A stretch of 64,000 bases of DNA from an uncultured Desulfospira sp. (GCA_963663165.1 OY760175.1:2144001-2208000); one strand, 5' to 3'; positions 9,737 through 20,897 are shown, numbered from the stretch's first letter. Translations and numbers: made by a program. The notes: generated by a model not told the origin, from the letters alone.

Positions 9737-11599
9737 TTATATCATATTTTTAATATACAAACCCATCATGATTAATGAAAATAACCGACTTCCGTTTGCA
9801 TACCCTTTTTTCTGATTATCACGCAACCGGGACAGCTCCTTCTCATTGATCCATTGCCCGAGAAGAGTCGCCGTATCATCAAGCCAGCCATTATCCCCCT
9901 TCTGCAACCAATCATTAAGAGGGATTGAAAATCCTTGCTTACGGTTGATATTCAAATTAGGAGGCAAAAGCTTTTTTCCAAGCTTTTTTTGCAACAAACG
10001 ACCTTCCGTCCCGAGCACCTTCAAATTCCCGGGCAATCGTCCGAAGGCAAATTCTACAAGTTCTTTATCGAGAAATGGCGCCCTCATTTCAAGGCCGACT
10101 GCCATACTGGCACGATCCACTTTAACCAAAAAATCGTCAGGCAAAATACTCCTAAAGTGAGTTCTGGTCATGCAATCCACAGGATCGATTCCAGATAAAA
10201 ACATATTATGCAGTAACATTTCAGGGGTTTCGATCTCGTTACGGATACAATCTAAAATATCTGGTGACAGAATCCGTTTTCGAGCTTTGATATCAAAATA
10301 AGGGGTTCCCCATACAAGAGCCTGAAAGGGGCCCCCTCTTAATGATGAAATTTTATTTCGTCCGGGCATTCCGGTTGGCAGCATGCCGGCTAGAAATGCT
10401 CCCCCTTTAAATACCAGATCCGGCAGCCATCCAATTCTGGCGGCATTTTTAAATGCCGTAGTATAGTCACTATATCCTCCGAAAAGTTCATCTCCCCCGT
10501 CACCCCCCAGAGCTACTTTTACATGTCCGGCTGTCAATTTTGAAACCAAATAAGTCGGGATGATAGAGGAATCGGCAATAGGTTCATCGACAAATTCCGA
10601 AAGCTCATCCAAAGTGTTGAGTGAAGGTTCTGGTAACTCAAGCAGATAGTGATCTGTTGAAAAATGCTCTGCAACAACAGCAGCATAATTTGTTTCATCC
10701 AATTTAGAACCGGGAAACCCTATTGTAAAAGTCTTCAAACTAGCCTTGCTCGCATTTGCTGCACAGGCAACTACAAGACTGGAATCCAACCCTCCAGACA
10801 ACAAGACACCTATTGGAACATCGCTTCTTAAACGAATCCGAACGGCATTGTGTAATAAGCGGGTCGTCTCTTCCAGAGCCTCATTTTCATCCATTTTTAG
10901 AGATGGGGCAGAAACAGGCAATTCCCACCATTTCCAAACCAAAAGATTATTGTCTTTTAAAGAAAACCTGGCGGCATGGCCTGGAGGGAGTTTGCACACT
11001 CCCTGACTAATACACATTGCACCGGGTATGTATCCCAAGGCGAGATAATAGTTAACTGCTTTAAAATTCGTATTTCCCCTCATCTCTTTTGGGATACCTT
11101 TTAACTCGGAGGAAAAAAAGAGGGTCCTGCCTTGATGTGAATAATACAAAGGCTTTTTGCCCGCACGATCCCGAGCTATAAAAAGGGTGGCTGAGGTATC
11201 TGAAGTCCCATGGTCCCAAATTGCTATAGCAAACATACCATTGAAACGTTCCAAGCATTTTTCTTTCCATTGTAAATACGCGGCTAAGACGACTTCGGTG
11301 TCTCCGCTACCCAAGAAATGATGCCCTAGTTCCTTTAGTTCTGTCTTCAACTCCTTATAGTTATAAATTTCACCGTTAAAGACGATCGTGAAACGCCCGC
11401 AAAGGCTTGTCATGGGCTGACGCCCCGTATCAGATAAATCAATTATGGAAAGCCTGCGGTGCCCCAACAGGACAGTCCGCTCCTGGTTATGCCAAAGCCC
11501 GGCGGCATCAGGCCCTCTGTGCTTCATCCTGTCACGACAACTAATAAACATTTCAACGTTAATGGGAGAGTTGCTCAAACATCCAACAATACCACACAT
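9737..11599 (-). CDS. asnB: Asparagine synthase-like glutamine amidotransferase (likely glycan amidation)
   Basis: MCGI N-terminal nucleophile, HRGPD, HRRLSIIDL, NGEIYN, LSGGLDSS, GDGGDELFGGY. Confidence 0.9.
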   Translation of the reverse strand: MCGIVGCLSNSPINVEMFISCRDRMKHRGPDAAGLWHNQERTVLLGHRRLSIIDLSDTGRQPMTSLCGRFTIVFNGEIYNYKELKTELKELGHHFLGSGDTEVVLAAYLQWKEKCLERFNGMFAIAIWDHGTSDTSATLFIARDRAGKKPLYYSHQGRTLFFSSELKGIPKEMRGNTNFKAVNYYLALGYIPGAMCISQGVCKLPPGHAARFSLKDNNLLVWKWWELPVSAPSLKMDENEALEETTRLLHNAVRIRLRSDVPIGVLLSGGLDSSLVVACAANASKASLKTFTIGFPGSKLDETNYAAVVAEHFSTDHYLLELPEPSLNTLDELSEFVDEPIADSSIIPTYLVSKLTAGHVKVALGGDGGDELFGGYSDYTTAFKNAARIGWLPDLVFKGGAFLAGMLPTGMPGRNKISSLRGGPFQALVWGTPYFDIKARKRILSPDILDCIRNEIETPEMLLHNMFLSGIDPVDCMTRTHFRSILPDDFLVKVDRASMAVGLEMRAPFLDKELVEFAFGRLPGNLKVLGTEGRLLQKKLGKKLLPPNLNINRKQGFSIPLNDWLQKGDNGWLDDTATLLGQWINEKELSRLRDNQKKGYANGSRLFSLIMMGLYIKNMI

Positions 11600-11630
11600 A
11601 AGTCTTAATCTTCCGTAAAACCATTTTTCT

Positions 11631-12512
11631 TTAGCATTTGATCCACCCGTCAGGAATCAACCCCTTAAATCCCCACCAGGCTATTCCCTCCCGCAATTCG
11701 AATCCTGGGGCAATGACAATTTTATTCTCGTTTGGCGAAAGCCATGCACCCCACCAACTGAATGTACTGTTGGCCGTAATATAATGTTTGCATTGGGTCA
11801 TAAGCCAAAGATCTGCATAGGCATTATCATCTCCTTTGTTATGGCTGACTACTGTAACACGGTCGGCAGGAAGTCCTATTCTTTCCCTTGCAGCATCCGG
11901 ATCATCTGAAAAAAGATAATAATTCGGCAATGTTGTCTTTTCTTCCATCAGCTTAACTGCACGGCGGTAGTACCCCTCATCAGCATTATTTACACCCGCT
12001 TTGCCTGGAGCGTTAAACCAACGGACATGAATGGCAACGCTGTTGTTCCCCTTTATTTCCGCTGCCATTTTTTGATTGATTGTATCTATAGGAGGAATGA
12101 TCTTTAAATCACTGCGAATAACAGTTTCATAATCTTTGAAATATTTTTCACTCTGCCAGTATCCGTCCAGATAAATTCTGTCATTAACTTTTAACTCCAA
12201 CAGCCTTGGGTCAAAATCTACACCTTCTTGAAATAGATACTTCCTTTTTTCAAAAGGCCTGTGAGAATCAAGCTTTCGTCTTATGGCCCGCCGATATCTC
12301 CCCAACGGCTCCATCCGTTCTTTTCTGCTTGCTTTTCTAACGGTTACATTAAAATGATCCAACTGAAAACGACGCTGATATGCCGTGTCATTCGCAAAGC
12401 CGCTGACATGATCAATGACAAGTTCCGTTCCATTAACAGCCGCCAGCCGCCGGGCGGCTGAATAACAGAAAAGCTGATTGCCCAGTCCGCCTTTAATACA
12501 TGCAACAATCAT
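11631..12512 (-). CDS. GT11 alpha-1,2-fucosyltransferase family protein
   Basis: GGLGNQLF, GYWQSEKYF, HVR, NSTFSWWGAWL; start at 12512 overlaps the upstream stop (TGATG). Confidence 0.88.
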   Translation of the reverse strand: MIVACIKGGLGNQLFCYSAARRLAAVNGTELVIDHVSGFANDTAYQRRFQLDHFNVTVRKASRKERMEPLGRYRRAIRRKLDSHRPFEKRKYLFQEGVDFDPRLLELKVNDRIYLDGYWQSEKYFKDYETVIRSDLKIIPPIDTINQKMAAEIKGNNSVAIHVRWFNAPGKAGVNNADEGYYRRAVKLMEEKTTLPNYYLFSDDPDAARERIGLPADRVTVVSHNKGDDNAYADLWLMTQCKHYITANSTFSWWGAWLSPNENKIVIAPGFELREGIAWWGFKGLIPDGWIKC

Positions 12513-13207
12513 CAGAAAGCCGATTTCTTTGCCTTCACATGGTAACCGAAACAAAGCAGCTCGTCGGAATGATTGCCTGCTCTATTTAATAGCCTTAAAA
12601 GAATAAGCATGGGTAAGACTAAGGCTTTCAACAGAAATCCCGGCCCTACCCCCGAATACTTTTTTGCCATCAGGGGAACTCTGCGAATTTCCTGGGTCAT
12701 ATAATCGAACCAGTTACCATTCGCTTCAATCTCAATTTCAGTAAATCCAATATCCGCCATCACTTCTTTGTACCAATAACGGCTAAACCCGCTATACATA
12801 TGATACGGAGCCATGTGTGTCAAGGAACAAAACGGCGCAGTCAGAATCAAACTGCCTCCTGGTTTCAGCAGTCTATGCATCTCTTCAAGCGCTTTTACCG
12901 GATATTTTATATGCTCAAAAACTTCTGTACATAAAACATACTCAAATGAAGCGTCTTCTGCAGGGATCTCCGTGATATCAGATGTGATATCAATTCCAGA
13001 AACATCCCATTGGCTGTTTTGAAGACCCGTCCCATCTCCCTTTCCAAGATAGCCGCAAAAATCCTGTGAAACATAGTCCAGATGCCGGCAAAAAGGTTTG
13101 TTCCTGAGTTCACCGGCACCGACATCCAGTATCCGGCCCTGCTTGACCTTCTCAAGTTCTTTTTTGACCCAGTTAACTCTGGCAGCTTCATTATCAAGTC
13201 CAAACAT
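12512..13207 (-). CDS. Class I SAM methyltransferase
   Basis: ILDVGAG, CTEVFEH, LLKPGG. Confidence 0.83.
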   Translation of the reverse strand: MFGLDNEAARVNWVKKELEKVKQGRILDVGAGELRNKPFCRHLDYVSQDFCGYLGKGDGTGLQNSQWDVSGIDITSDITEIPAEDASFEYVLCTEVFEHIKYPVKALEEMHRLLKPGGSLILTAPFCSLTHMAPYHMYSGFSRYWYKEVMADIGFTEIEIEANGNWFDYMTQEIRRVPLMAKKYSGVGPGFLLKALVLPMLILLRLLNRAGNHSDELLCFGYHVKAKKSAF

Positions 13208-13313
13208 TCACACACCCCCTGAAGCGGAGTTCTTTAAAGGCAAACCTTTCGATATCATAACATATTTTTCCATTCTGAGGTCTAAACCTAAAATTTTATA
13301 TGGTTAAGCCTGT

Positions 13314-14780
13314 TTATACTATCCCAAGCTTATATAAAAAACCAATTATTCCACCGGTGATCAGAAACGATCCCCAACTTAAAAAACTGACGGCAGTGAC
13401 ACATTTGTTTGAATACCATCCAAACCAGGCGCATCCCGCAAAAAATGGAATCATACAGATTCGATACCTTGGGTGTATCATCAAAGCAGCAAGGCTGACC
13501 GTACAAATGGTCAGCCAAAAGGTGACAACAAAAGGGTACAATTCCTTCTTCAGGTTTTTGGTGGAGTCAAATGTTATCCCCAACACAAGAGGAAACAGCA
13601 GAATATACAGAACTGAAGACAAGGCCTGAAATAACCGCTGCCAGGAGTAGTACATGCCGGCCATTAAATCATCAATTCGAATATGGGGTGTTGGCAACGG
13701 GGCAATTAAATTAACCGCTATTTTAGCCGGTGCCATCAGTAACAGCTCACCGTAACTTTCAGGAATCAGAATTCTTCCAATAGAATTCTGGGTCCACCCT
13801 TCATCATGTTTCTCAAACCAACGGGTATTCAATGGGGATTTGATGAAATGGTGTGCGGCATAAGTGCCAAGGTTGAACTTATGTCCCCCTGTATACTTGG
13901 TCAGATACGGCAGTAAAAATATTGCCGCACTAAAAAAAATAACAAGGCCTGTGCCAATCAAATATTTGACATAGTTTTCCCGTGCAAAGACGGCAGCGCA
14001 GCCGATAATGCCGACGACCATGACCGCATAGGGGGGACGGATAAAACAAAGCAATATAAACGAAGGAACAAAAAAGAACATGTCCGCTGCCCTGAAAGGG
14101 ACCTTTTTCGAAAATAGAAACAGGAAAGGGAGCATTGTAAAGCAAAGCAAAGACATGGTCAAAGTCTCCTTGGAACTTAATACGTCAAACCAGATCACCT
14201 CGGGAATGACCAGAATCAATCCAAGCACCCAGGCTGATCTTCTTCCTTCTTGAATCCGATACCCTGTGTTAAGCACCAAAAGAGCGGCCAACAATGTTGT
14301 CAGGCTGTTAATCAGGAAAGGGGCAACGGGATTGTGTCCGAAAACCTTGAAAATAATCCCAAGGTAAAAAAGGATACCGGTATAGCTTGTGCCAAATGAA
14401 AGCAAACTAAAATTAAAACCGGATTCAACCAACTCCTTTGCCCCCCAGTAGTACCTTGCAGCATCAACCCCCGTTGTGCTGGTGGCCTCCAAAAGTGACG
14501 GCGACCACCCGTATTTTAGCAAAACAAACCCAGCCAGCAGTTTAAATGCGAAAAAATATATTAAATAATACAAGTTCTTATCTTTAATTTCTTTTGCATT
14601 TTTACTAATCAGGTATGTTCCAAAAACTAAAATCGAAACCAACAGGCCGATTGTTCTTAAAACACCTTCATCCGCAAGGCCGACAGTAAATATCACACAG
14701 ACAGCACAGGAAAAACACAAGACGACGCCTGCCTGAGTCATACGGGACAACTCTTTTATTTTCTTGTTTGTTTTAACCAA
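13314..14780 (-). CDS. Polytopic membrane protein, probable Wzy-like polymerase
   Basis: About 11-12 hydrophobic segments, DAARYY loop, KE and RYR motifs; lies in a wzx/wzz locus. Confidence 0.6.
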   Translation of the reverse strand: MVKTNKKIKELSRMTQAGVVLCFSCAVCVIFTVGLADEGVLRTIGLLVSILVFGTYLISKNAKEIKDKNLYYLIYFFAFKLLAGFVLLKYGWSPSLLEATSTTGVDAARYYWGAKELVESGFNFSLLSFGTSYTGILFYLGIIFKVFGHNPVAPFLINSLTTLLAALLVLNTGYRIQEGRRSAWVLGLILVIPEVIWFDVLSSKETLTMSLLCFTMLPFLFLFSKKVPFRAADMFFFVPSFILLCFIRPPYAVMVVGIIGCAAVFARENYVKYLIGTGLVIFFSAAIFLLPYLTKYTGGHKFNLGTYAAHHFIKSPLNTRWFEKHDEGWTQNSIGRILIPESYGELLLMAPAKIAVNLIAPLPTPHIRIDDLMAGMYYSWQRLFQALSSVLYILLFPLVLGITFDSTKNLKKELYPFVVTFWLTICTVSLAALMIHPRYRICMIPFFAGCAWFGWYSNKCVTAVSFLSWGSFLITGGIIGFLYKLGIV

Positions 14781-14799
14781 AGCCTTAACCCTTCTGTCC

Positions 14800-15339
14800 C
14801 TATCTGTACCGAATCAGCTTCGCGGGATTCCCTGCAAAAACAGCATACTCAGGCACGTCTTTCACAACGATGCTGCCAGCACCGATAACGGCTCCGGTTC
14901 CGATTCTGACGCCTCCTGCAATAACACTGTTTGCTCCAATCCAGACATCAGACCCTATATTAACCGGCATCTCTGATTCAGAAGGCTGAAACACCATTGG
15001 GATGCCGTTTCGCGCCATACCGTGAGTGCCTCCGGCTATGACAACATTTGGTGCCACCATGATATCATTTCCCATGCTGACATTCCCCATCACATGAGCC
15101 CCTGAACCGATCCTCACATTTTTCCCAAGGATTATGTGCGTCCCCCCCACAGAACTGCATTGCCTTATAATGCAGGACGGACCAATGACCAGGTTGCGCT
15201 TGTTCCTGATTCTGGCAAAGGGAGATATATAAGCCATGGGAGAAAGCTTTTTGTAAAAGCTAAAAAACAGCAAAAAATAAACCATGCAGTACCCATAACT
15301 GATCAGTCGGTTTACACGGCTAATCCAAAGATTCCCCAT
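14800..15339 (-). CDS. Hexapeptide-repeat acyltransferase
   Basis: [27 protein letters not shown]. Confidence 0.85.
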   Translation of the reverse strand: MGNLWISRVNRLISYGYCMVYFLLFFSFYKKLSPMAYISPFARIRNKRNLVIGPSCIIRQCSSVGGTHIILGKNVRIGSGAHVMGNVSMGNDIMVAPNVVIAGGTHGMARNGIPMVFQPSESEMPVNIGSDVWIGANSVIAGGVRIGTGAVIGAGSIVVKDVPEYAVFAGNPAKLIRYR

Positions 15340-16153
15340 AGCCTAATTCCCCTATCAAACCGGATAACTGAGATGATACAAATTCTTGCTGATGTCGGTT
15401 GAAAACCTTTCGCCATTGACCGATCTGCCCTTTATGAAAAGTTTGGGAATGAACATCAAAGACCTGTCTGGCAACACGGCAAATATCATCTAAACACTGT
15501 TCTATTTCAAGGAACTGCTGCACCTCTTTAATGGTCTGCAATTGCATGTCATCGGATCCTCCACCCTTAGCCCCAATCAACTTTTCAAACGTTGTGGCGT
15601 ATACCCGTGGTTCATTAAGCCAGCCCATTCCGTTTTTTATTCGTTCTGTAATCGGCGAATAAACCAGGTTCCCTTTTTGATTTTTTTTAAAGCAGGCCGA
15701 AATGGCATCATCCATATCCTTGCTGTCATATTCCTCAAAAAATGAATAATTTTTATATTTTTTCTGATAATTGATATAAGAAATTAAAACATCTCTCGGA
15801 TCCCTTGTAATATGGATAACTTTAACGTCAAGATGCTCAAAAAACTCATAAAGTGCCGTGCTGTATGGAAGGTGGGCACTGACGAATGAATTGTCTGGAA
15901 TCTCATTTATATACCGACTGAGCCATTTTTGATTGATACAATTTTCAGGGACGTCAAGGTCAATCCAGAGGCCATTTTCTCCTTTTCGGGGACGCCGTAA
16001 TTTTTTTTTAAAATTACGAAACGGATTTCTGCTGGTTTCCCGCAGCAGGGCGCCTGTCAATCCCGGTTCTTTTTCGCAAAACCCCAAACAGGAAAGCAGT
16101 CTGCCCAGCAGATGGGTGCCAGATTTAGGCAGAGAGTTTGCCACAACTTTCAT
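15320..16153 (-). CDS. Sulfotransferase (family 1-like)
   Basis: [28 protein letters not shown]. Confidence 0.85.
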   Translation of the reverse strand: MKVVANSLPKSGTHLLGRLLSCLGFCEKEPGLTGALLRETSRNPFRNFKKKLRRPRKGENGLWIDLDVPENCINQKWLSRYINEIPDNSFVSAHLPYSTALYEFFEHLDVKVIHITRDPRDVLISYINYQKKYKNYSFFEEYDSKDMDDAISACFKKNQKGNLVYSPITERIKNGMGWLNEPRVYATTFEKLIGAKGGGSDDMQLQTIKEVQQFLEIEQCLDDICRVARQVFDVHSQTFHKGQIGQWRKVFNRHQQEFVSSQLSGLIGELGYGESLD

Positions 16154-17583
16154 TTTCCACCTGAAAACATGCTAAAAAAACGCCTTGCCAATCTTGGATC
16201 AAGCAGGACGAGCAAAAAGAAATTAACAAAAACAGATGCACAGGCACCCGCACCCAATATAACCAAATCCGGGCCATAATCCATGAACCGGTATAAGGTA
16301 GACAAGATGAATATTGAAAGCAGCATCACAAGTGTCAGCATTAAATTACTCTTTATAATTTTACCCTTGTCCATCCGCCAATCCCTTAACATTGTATGAG
16401 ACAGTACCGCAAACCAATAGAACAATGAGAAAAGTGAAAGGCCGATAATATAATTTCGCACGGAATGTGTCCCCAAAAAGACAACCAGGGGGAAAGCAAC
16501 ACCGGGAATAATATATCCGATAATGTACCGGCTTGTCCGGCTGACTTTCTCCCGGTCAATATGATAGATGGTCATCAATCCCTGAAAAACCCGTGCCAAC
16601 CCATACAGTCCCGCCCATTGAAGCATCCATCCCATGGATACCCATTGTGCCCCCATCAAAAACGGCAATATTTTGTGACCATAAGCCATTAAAAAAAGGC
16701 ACGGCGAGCCGGCAAGCAAGAAAACAATCCAGTTTAACAACAAATAATCATCCAGTTTGGTTTCCTGTTTTTTCCCGGCAAGATAAGACAATGCCGGTGT
16801 GGTCAATGCCGTACGAATATTGCCGTCGGGCATTTGTGCAAGCTGCTGGCAACGGGTATAACCGCCCAATTCGGAAAGCAGACCAACTTTTCCTAAAATC
16901 AGTTTATCAACAGCATTGACCCAGCCCGATAAAATTCGAGACAATACAATTTGCAGGCCGAACCGAATTTCTTTTCCGTACAGGTAAAGTGCTCTGGGTT
17001 TAACCAAGCGAAACATTTGTCTGGAAAACACGGCAAAAAGAAAAAACCTTAGCACAGATTCAAATACAGCCCGCCAGACCAATGCCCAGATTCCAAACCC
17101 GAGCCACGCCAGGGACACAGCCAAGGCCCCGCCGAGACACACAACAGCTGTTTGAACCATTACAATCCGGTCAAATCTTTTTGCCCGGCCTAAGACAGCC
17201 TGGGGTTGCCCACTCAATGCCGTAAAAATAATAGATATTGAAAACAAGGTCATCAACGCCCCAAGTTGGTCTGCTTTATATAACCAAGATGCTGCAGGTG
17301 CCAGTGCAATGAACAACAACGCCATTAATACCCCGATCAAAAAGTTGACCGTAAAAAAAGCATTTGAAACTTCTTCATCAGTTTTATCCAACTTTAAATA
17401 AACCGGCAGCAATCCCATATCCAGTATCGGCCGAACAAAAGCCTGGGCAGCCATAACCAAACCAAATAGTCCAAACTCTTCCGGGGAAAGCAATCGGCCT
17501 AAAGCTGCGAGGATCGCAAAAGTTACCAGGACATGCACGGCCTGGCCAGAAAGCGTCCATGCCCCACTTTTCCATGCCTTCAT
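16150..17583 (-). CDS. wzx: Wzx oligosaccharide flippase
   Basis: RLLSPEEFGLFG, GFGIWALVW, DKLILGK; about 12 transmembrane segments. Confidence 0.85.
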   Translation of the reverse strand: MKAWKSGAWTLSGQAVHVLVTFAILAALGRLLSPEEFGLFGLVMAAQAFVRPILDMGLLPVYLKLDKTDEEVSNAFFTVNFLIGVLMALLFIALAPAASWLYKADQLGALMTLFSISIIFTALSGQPQAVLGRAKRFDRIVMVQTAVVCLGGALAVSLAWLGFGIWALVWRAVFESVLRFFLFAVFSRQMFRLVKPRALYLYGKEIRFGLQIVLSRILSGWVNAVDKLILGKVGLLSELGGYTRCQQLAQMPDGNIRTALTTPALSYLAGKKQETKLDDYLLLNWIVFLLAGSPCLFLMAYGHKILPFLMGAQWVSMGWMLQWAGLYGLARVFQGLMTIYHIDREKVSRTSRYIIGYIIPGVAFPLVVFLGTHSVRNYIIGLSLFSLFYWFAVLSHTMLRDWRMDKGKIIKSNLMLTLVMLLSIFILSTLYRFMDYGPDLVILGAGACASVFVNFFLLVLLDPRLARRFFSMFSGGK

Positions 17584-17595
17584 CCTACGACTTCA

Positions 17596-19983
17596 TTACA
17601 ATATAAACAAAGAATTCCCAGTTCTCCCATTACTTATGGGTTGAAAAATTAACCTCGAACTTTTATTGCGATAACTATTGAGTCCCCATAATAGGCATAC
17701 TATTGCTGTCACGATACAGACGGCCAATCCAATGTAAAAAGGGACCAATTCATATCTAAATTCTATCAAATGTGTTCCATCCGAAATTGCAACGGCTCTG
17801 AATGCACCGTTTGCGCGCAACAAATTTCTTTTTTTGCCGTCCACTTCAACCTGCCAGTATTTATCCCAAATCTCCGGGATGAAAAGAATTCCGCTTGTTT
17901 GGGCATGAATTTTAATGGCCAGTTTATGGGCCTGAGTCTCCAGTTCAAGCAAGGTTAATTTCCCCATCCCGGTGTTGTCTTTTTGTGGACTAAATTCTTT
18001 GCCCACTGTTCTATCAATATATACTCTATTGCTAAATTTATACTCACTATTGCGGATCTTCGCTAATATCTCTTTGTCATTATCAATAATTTCCCAGTCC
18101 GTGAATAATCTTAACCCAGATTCCCAACTGGTTTTTCTCCACAGATTCAATCCAGCACTCGTTTCAACCAGGGACCAAGCCGGGCTTTGAAGTAAAAACG
18201 GATCATGTTTTGATTTGGCATCCGTTATGAGATATTTGATGTTCATCATATTGACTGCCTCATAATTCCACAACTCAACTTTTGGAACTCTCGTCCAGTG
18301 GGGACGGACTTTAAGAGATTTTTCCCGGATATTAAACAGGGCGCAATGCACATTTCTTAATTCATCCGGGAAATAATACACCATGCAATTCCAAAAACGT
18401 TTTTCAGGCAAGCCGATAACATATTGCAATCTAGTTTCATTTTTCAAGTCATGTAACTGGACCATTGAATAATAGCTGTCATCATTCTTAATGTGTTCAA
18501 GCAGACTGCCTTTGAAGTCTGAAATATTACTTGCTCTCCGAGATAACGGATATTTTGATTCAGGGCTGAAAAAAATCATACTGATGACAATAAGCCCAAC
18601 GAAAACTGTTGCGAGATATTTTATATTTAATAAACCAACTGGTAAGACTGCCATAATAACACAAAGCCAGAATTCCCATTTTCCTAAAGCGCCGGAATTG
18701 AGTACATAGCTTTTACTGATGAATTTTGGGAAACTAAAACCTGCCCAGACAAAATCTATCCCCAAAGAAAGGCAAATGATAAAAACAGCACCAGTTAAAG
18801 GGATAAAAGAACTGAGCCGATCGAAGCGTATTCTGTTCCTGCTTAAAAGGTCATATCCCATGCCGGCCAAAATGCATAAAGCAAGAACTAAGTTGAACTG
18901 AAACGGGAACCCCCACCGGATATTTCTAACCAGAGGCATTGTTTCAAAAAAGGCAACCATCAAAGAAAAAGGGTAGGCTTCATTCAGCAGCACCGCCAGA
19001 TTCAAAAAAAGAAGGCATATCCAGGGCCATATTTTGTAATCTTTGTCAGCCTGCTTTGTACTCCAAGTCAAAACGGATATCAAAGGGATTAAAAGAGGAG
19101 AGATAAAGGGGAAGCTTTTGGTAACATTCATTGCATGATCGTCTAAAAAGAAACAACTTAAAAAGGAACCGGGTATTTGGGGTAAATAATTATGCAATTT
19201 CCCATACCCTTGGACTCCGTTTGAAGACACAACAGAAGCTATCGAATAATCGAACATGGGTAGTAACAAGGGCATAATAAATAAGGCACTAAGCAAATAC
19301 AGAATTATATTCTGTAAAAGGGTTTGAAAAATGCTTTTGAAAAAATTACCTTTTATAACTTGATTCAGAGAAACACCCACCAGAAAAAAAACAAGTGCGA
19401 TCACTACAATGCCGTAGTACACACAGATGTACCAAGCCCCTGAAATTAAAACACTTGAAAATATAAAAGACCGCTTTGATGTTGTTTTCAAAAACCGTAT
19501 GTAACAATAAAGGGCTGCCAGTATTAAGGCATATCCGACAATTGCGTTTATTCTTCCCGTATTAAAATATTCCCAAACAAGGTACGAAGAAGAGAACAAA
19601 AAACCTGTTATGGCAGATGCTGTTTTAGACAAAGACAACTCCACAGCAAGGCAATAGCACATAAAAGAAATGGCTAAGATAGAACATACCAGCAAGCAGT
19701 TTATGCCAAAATTTCTTAATTCAGGGGCACCCTGCATTGGAATCAAACGGCCTACCCACCCAAAATGTTCAGAGCTTGCAAGCAGTGGTACACCCCCGCC
19801 GCGATATGGATTCCATAAAGGAAATACTTCTTTCATACAGGTTTCAGAAAGAGCTTTAGGGTAAATCCTTCTCCCGTCCCCACCAGGCGTAGTTTTTACA
19901 GAAATATATCCGGCATAGAACATTATGACACCAATGAACATCAATATGACCGGCCACCAAGGGCTATTTTGTAAACGGATCAT
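17596..19983 (-). CDS. YfhO-family GT-C membrane glycosyltransferase
   Basis: PLWNPYRGGGVP near the N-terminus, many transmembrane segments, C-terminal W.VEVDGK...RANGAFRAV...G.H.IEFRY plus a final transmembrane helix. Confidence 0.75.
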   Translation of the reverse strand: MIRLQNSPWWPVILMFIGVIMFYAGYISVKTTPGGDGRRIYPKALSETCMKEVFPLWNPYRGGGVPLLASSEHFGWVGRLIPMQGAPELRNFGINCLLVCSILAISFMCYCLAVELSLSKTASAITGFLFSSSYLVWEYFNTGRINAIVGYALILAALYCYIRFLKTTSKRSFIFSSVLISGAWYICVYYGIVVIALVFFLVGVSLNQVIKGNFFKSIFQTLLQNIILYLLSALFIMPLLLPMFDYSIASVVSSNGVQGYGKLHNYLPQIPGSFLSCFFLDDHAMNVTKSFPFISPLLIPLISVLTWSTKQADKDYKIWPWICLLFLNLAVLLNEAYPFSLMVAFFETMPLVRNIRWGFPFQFNLVLALCILAGMGYDLLSRNRIRFDRLSSFIPLTGAVFIICLSLGIDFVWAGFSFPKFISKSYVLNSGALGKWEFWLCVIMAVLPVGLLNIKYLATVFVGLIVISMIFFSPESKYPLSRRASNISDFKGSLLEHIKNDDSYYSMVQLHDLKNETRLQYVIGLPEKRFWNCMVYYFPDELRNVHCALFNIREKSLKVRPHWTRVPKVELWNYEAVNMMNIKYLITDAKSKHDPFLLQSPAWSLVETSAGLNLWRKTSWESGLRLFTDWEIIDNDKEILAKIRNSEYKFSNRVYIDRTVGKEFSPQKDNTGMGKLTLLELETQAHKLAIKIHAQTSGILFIPEIWDKYWQVEVDGKKRNLLRANGAFRAVAISDGTHLIEFRYELVPFYIGLAVCIVTAIVCLLWGLNSYRNKSSRLIFQPISNGRTGNSLFIL

Positions 19984-20035
19984 TTGCAGAAAATAATATT
20001 GATTATTTTTAAGCAGTTAGAAGAACTCAAACAAA

Positions 20036-20242
20036 TTAGCTTTTTGAGGAAAACGCAGAATGTAAATTTATTACATTCAAAAAATTAGAAATGGGCCTAC
20101 TCCACAATTCAGAAAAATTTTTCATATACCTGTGGGCATTAGGTCCCATACTGAATATTGAATCCAAAATCGAAACGTAATGATCAAATGTTGGATACTG
20201 TTGGCTATAATTTATATCAGAAATTTTTTGCCCAAAAAATCT
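20036..20242 (-). pseudogene. C-terminal remnant of a WbqC-family gene
   Basis: Manual translation YSQQYPTFDHYVSILDSIFSMGPNAHRYMKNF resembles the WbqC C-terminus; in-frame stop just upstream and no start codon before the motif. Confidence 0.6.
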
Positions 20243-20252
20243 TTAGCCGTTC

Positions 20253-20897
20253 TTATTTCACACACCTTATTTGAAGAATCGTGTAAGGAAGTCTTAGGGT
20301 ATCATGTAAAATTTCTTCTTTCATATTGGAAAAATATTGCGTTGCAAGTTGTCTGTAACCATCCACTGTTCGAACGGCTTTGCCTCGATCTTTTGATATA
20401 AGCCATCTTGCAAACCAGTGTTGTTTTTCAATATATACATTGTCGTAGGTAATCAATGCCCCGCCAGGCTTCAAAACTTTATATGCCGTTTTAAACAAAT
20501 TACCAGCTTCACTGTCGGTTAAATGATGAAGAATACCGACGGCAAGAACCATGTCATAATAGTCTTCTTTAGTTATTGTAGTATTACTAACTGTTTCACA
20601 AAAGAATTTACAATAATTGCGATTTTCCCATCGTTTTCTTGCAAACTCGATATAACATTTGTTCATATCAAAACCGCTATATTCACCAATATCATTCGGT
20701 AAATCAGATATTAGTCTTCCGATCCCACACCCGATATCTAAAATTTTACACCCTGGAAACGGTTTAACAAAATCAGAAACAAATCTGGCTGTGTTCCCTT
20801 TTTTGGCAATAATACTACTAAAAATATTGTAGAAAAAAGGGTTTGAAAGAATTGATTTAAAGCCTATCTCATGGTGAGCTGTTTCTTTATTTTTCAT
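20253..20897 (-). CDS. Class I SAM methyltransferase
   Basis: ILDIGCGIG, GILHHL, LKPGG. Confidence 0.85.
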   Translation of the reverse strand: MKNKETAHHEIGFKSILSNPFFYNIFSSIIAKKGNTARFVSDFVKPFPGCKILDIGCGIGRLISDLPNDIGEYSGFDMNKCYIEFARKRWENRNYCKFFCETVSNTTITKEDYYDMVLAVGILHHLTDSEAGNLFKTAYKVLKPGGALITYDNVYIEKQHWFARWLISKDRGKAVRTVDGYRQLATQYFSNMKEEILHDTLRLPYTILQIRCVK

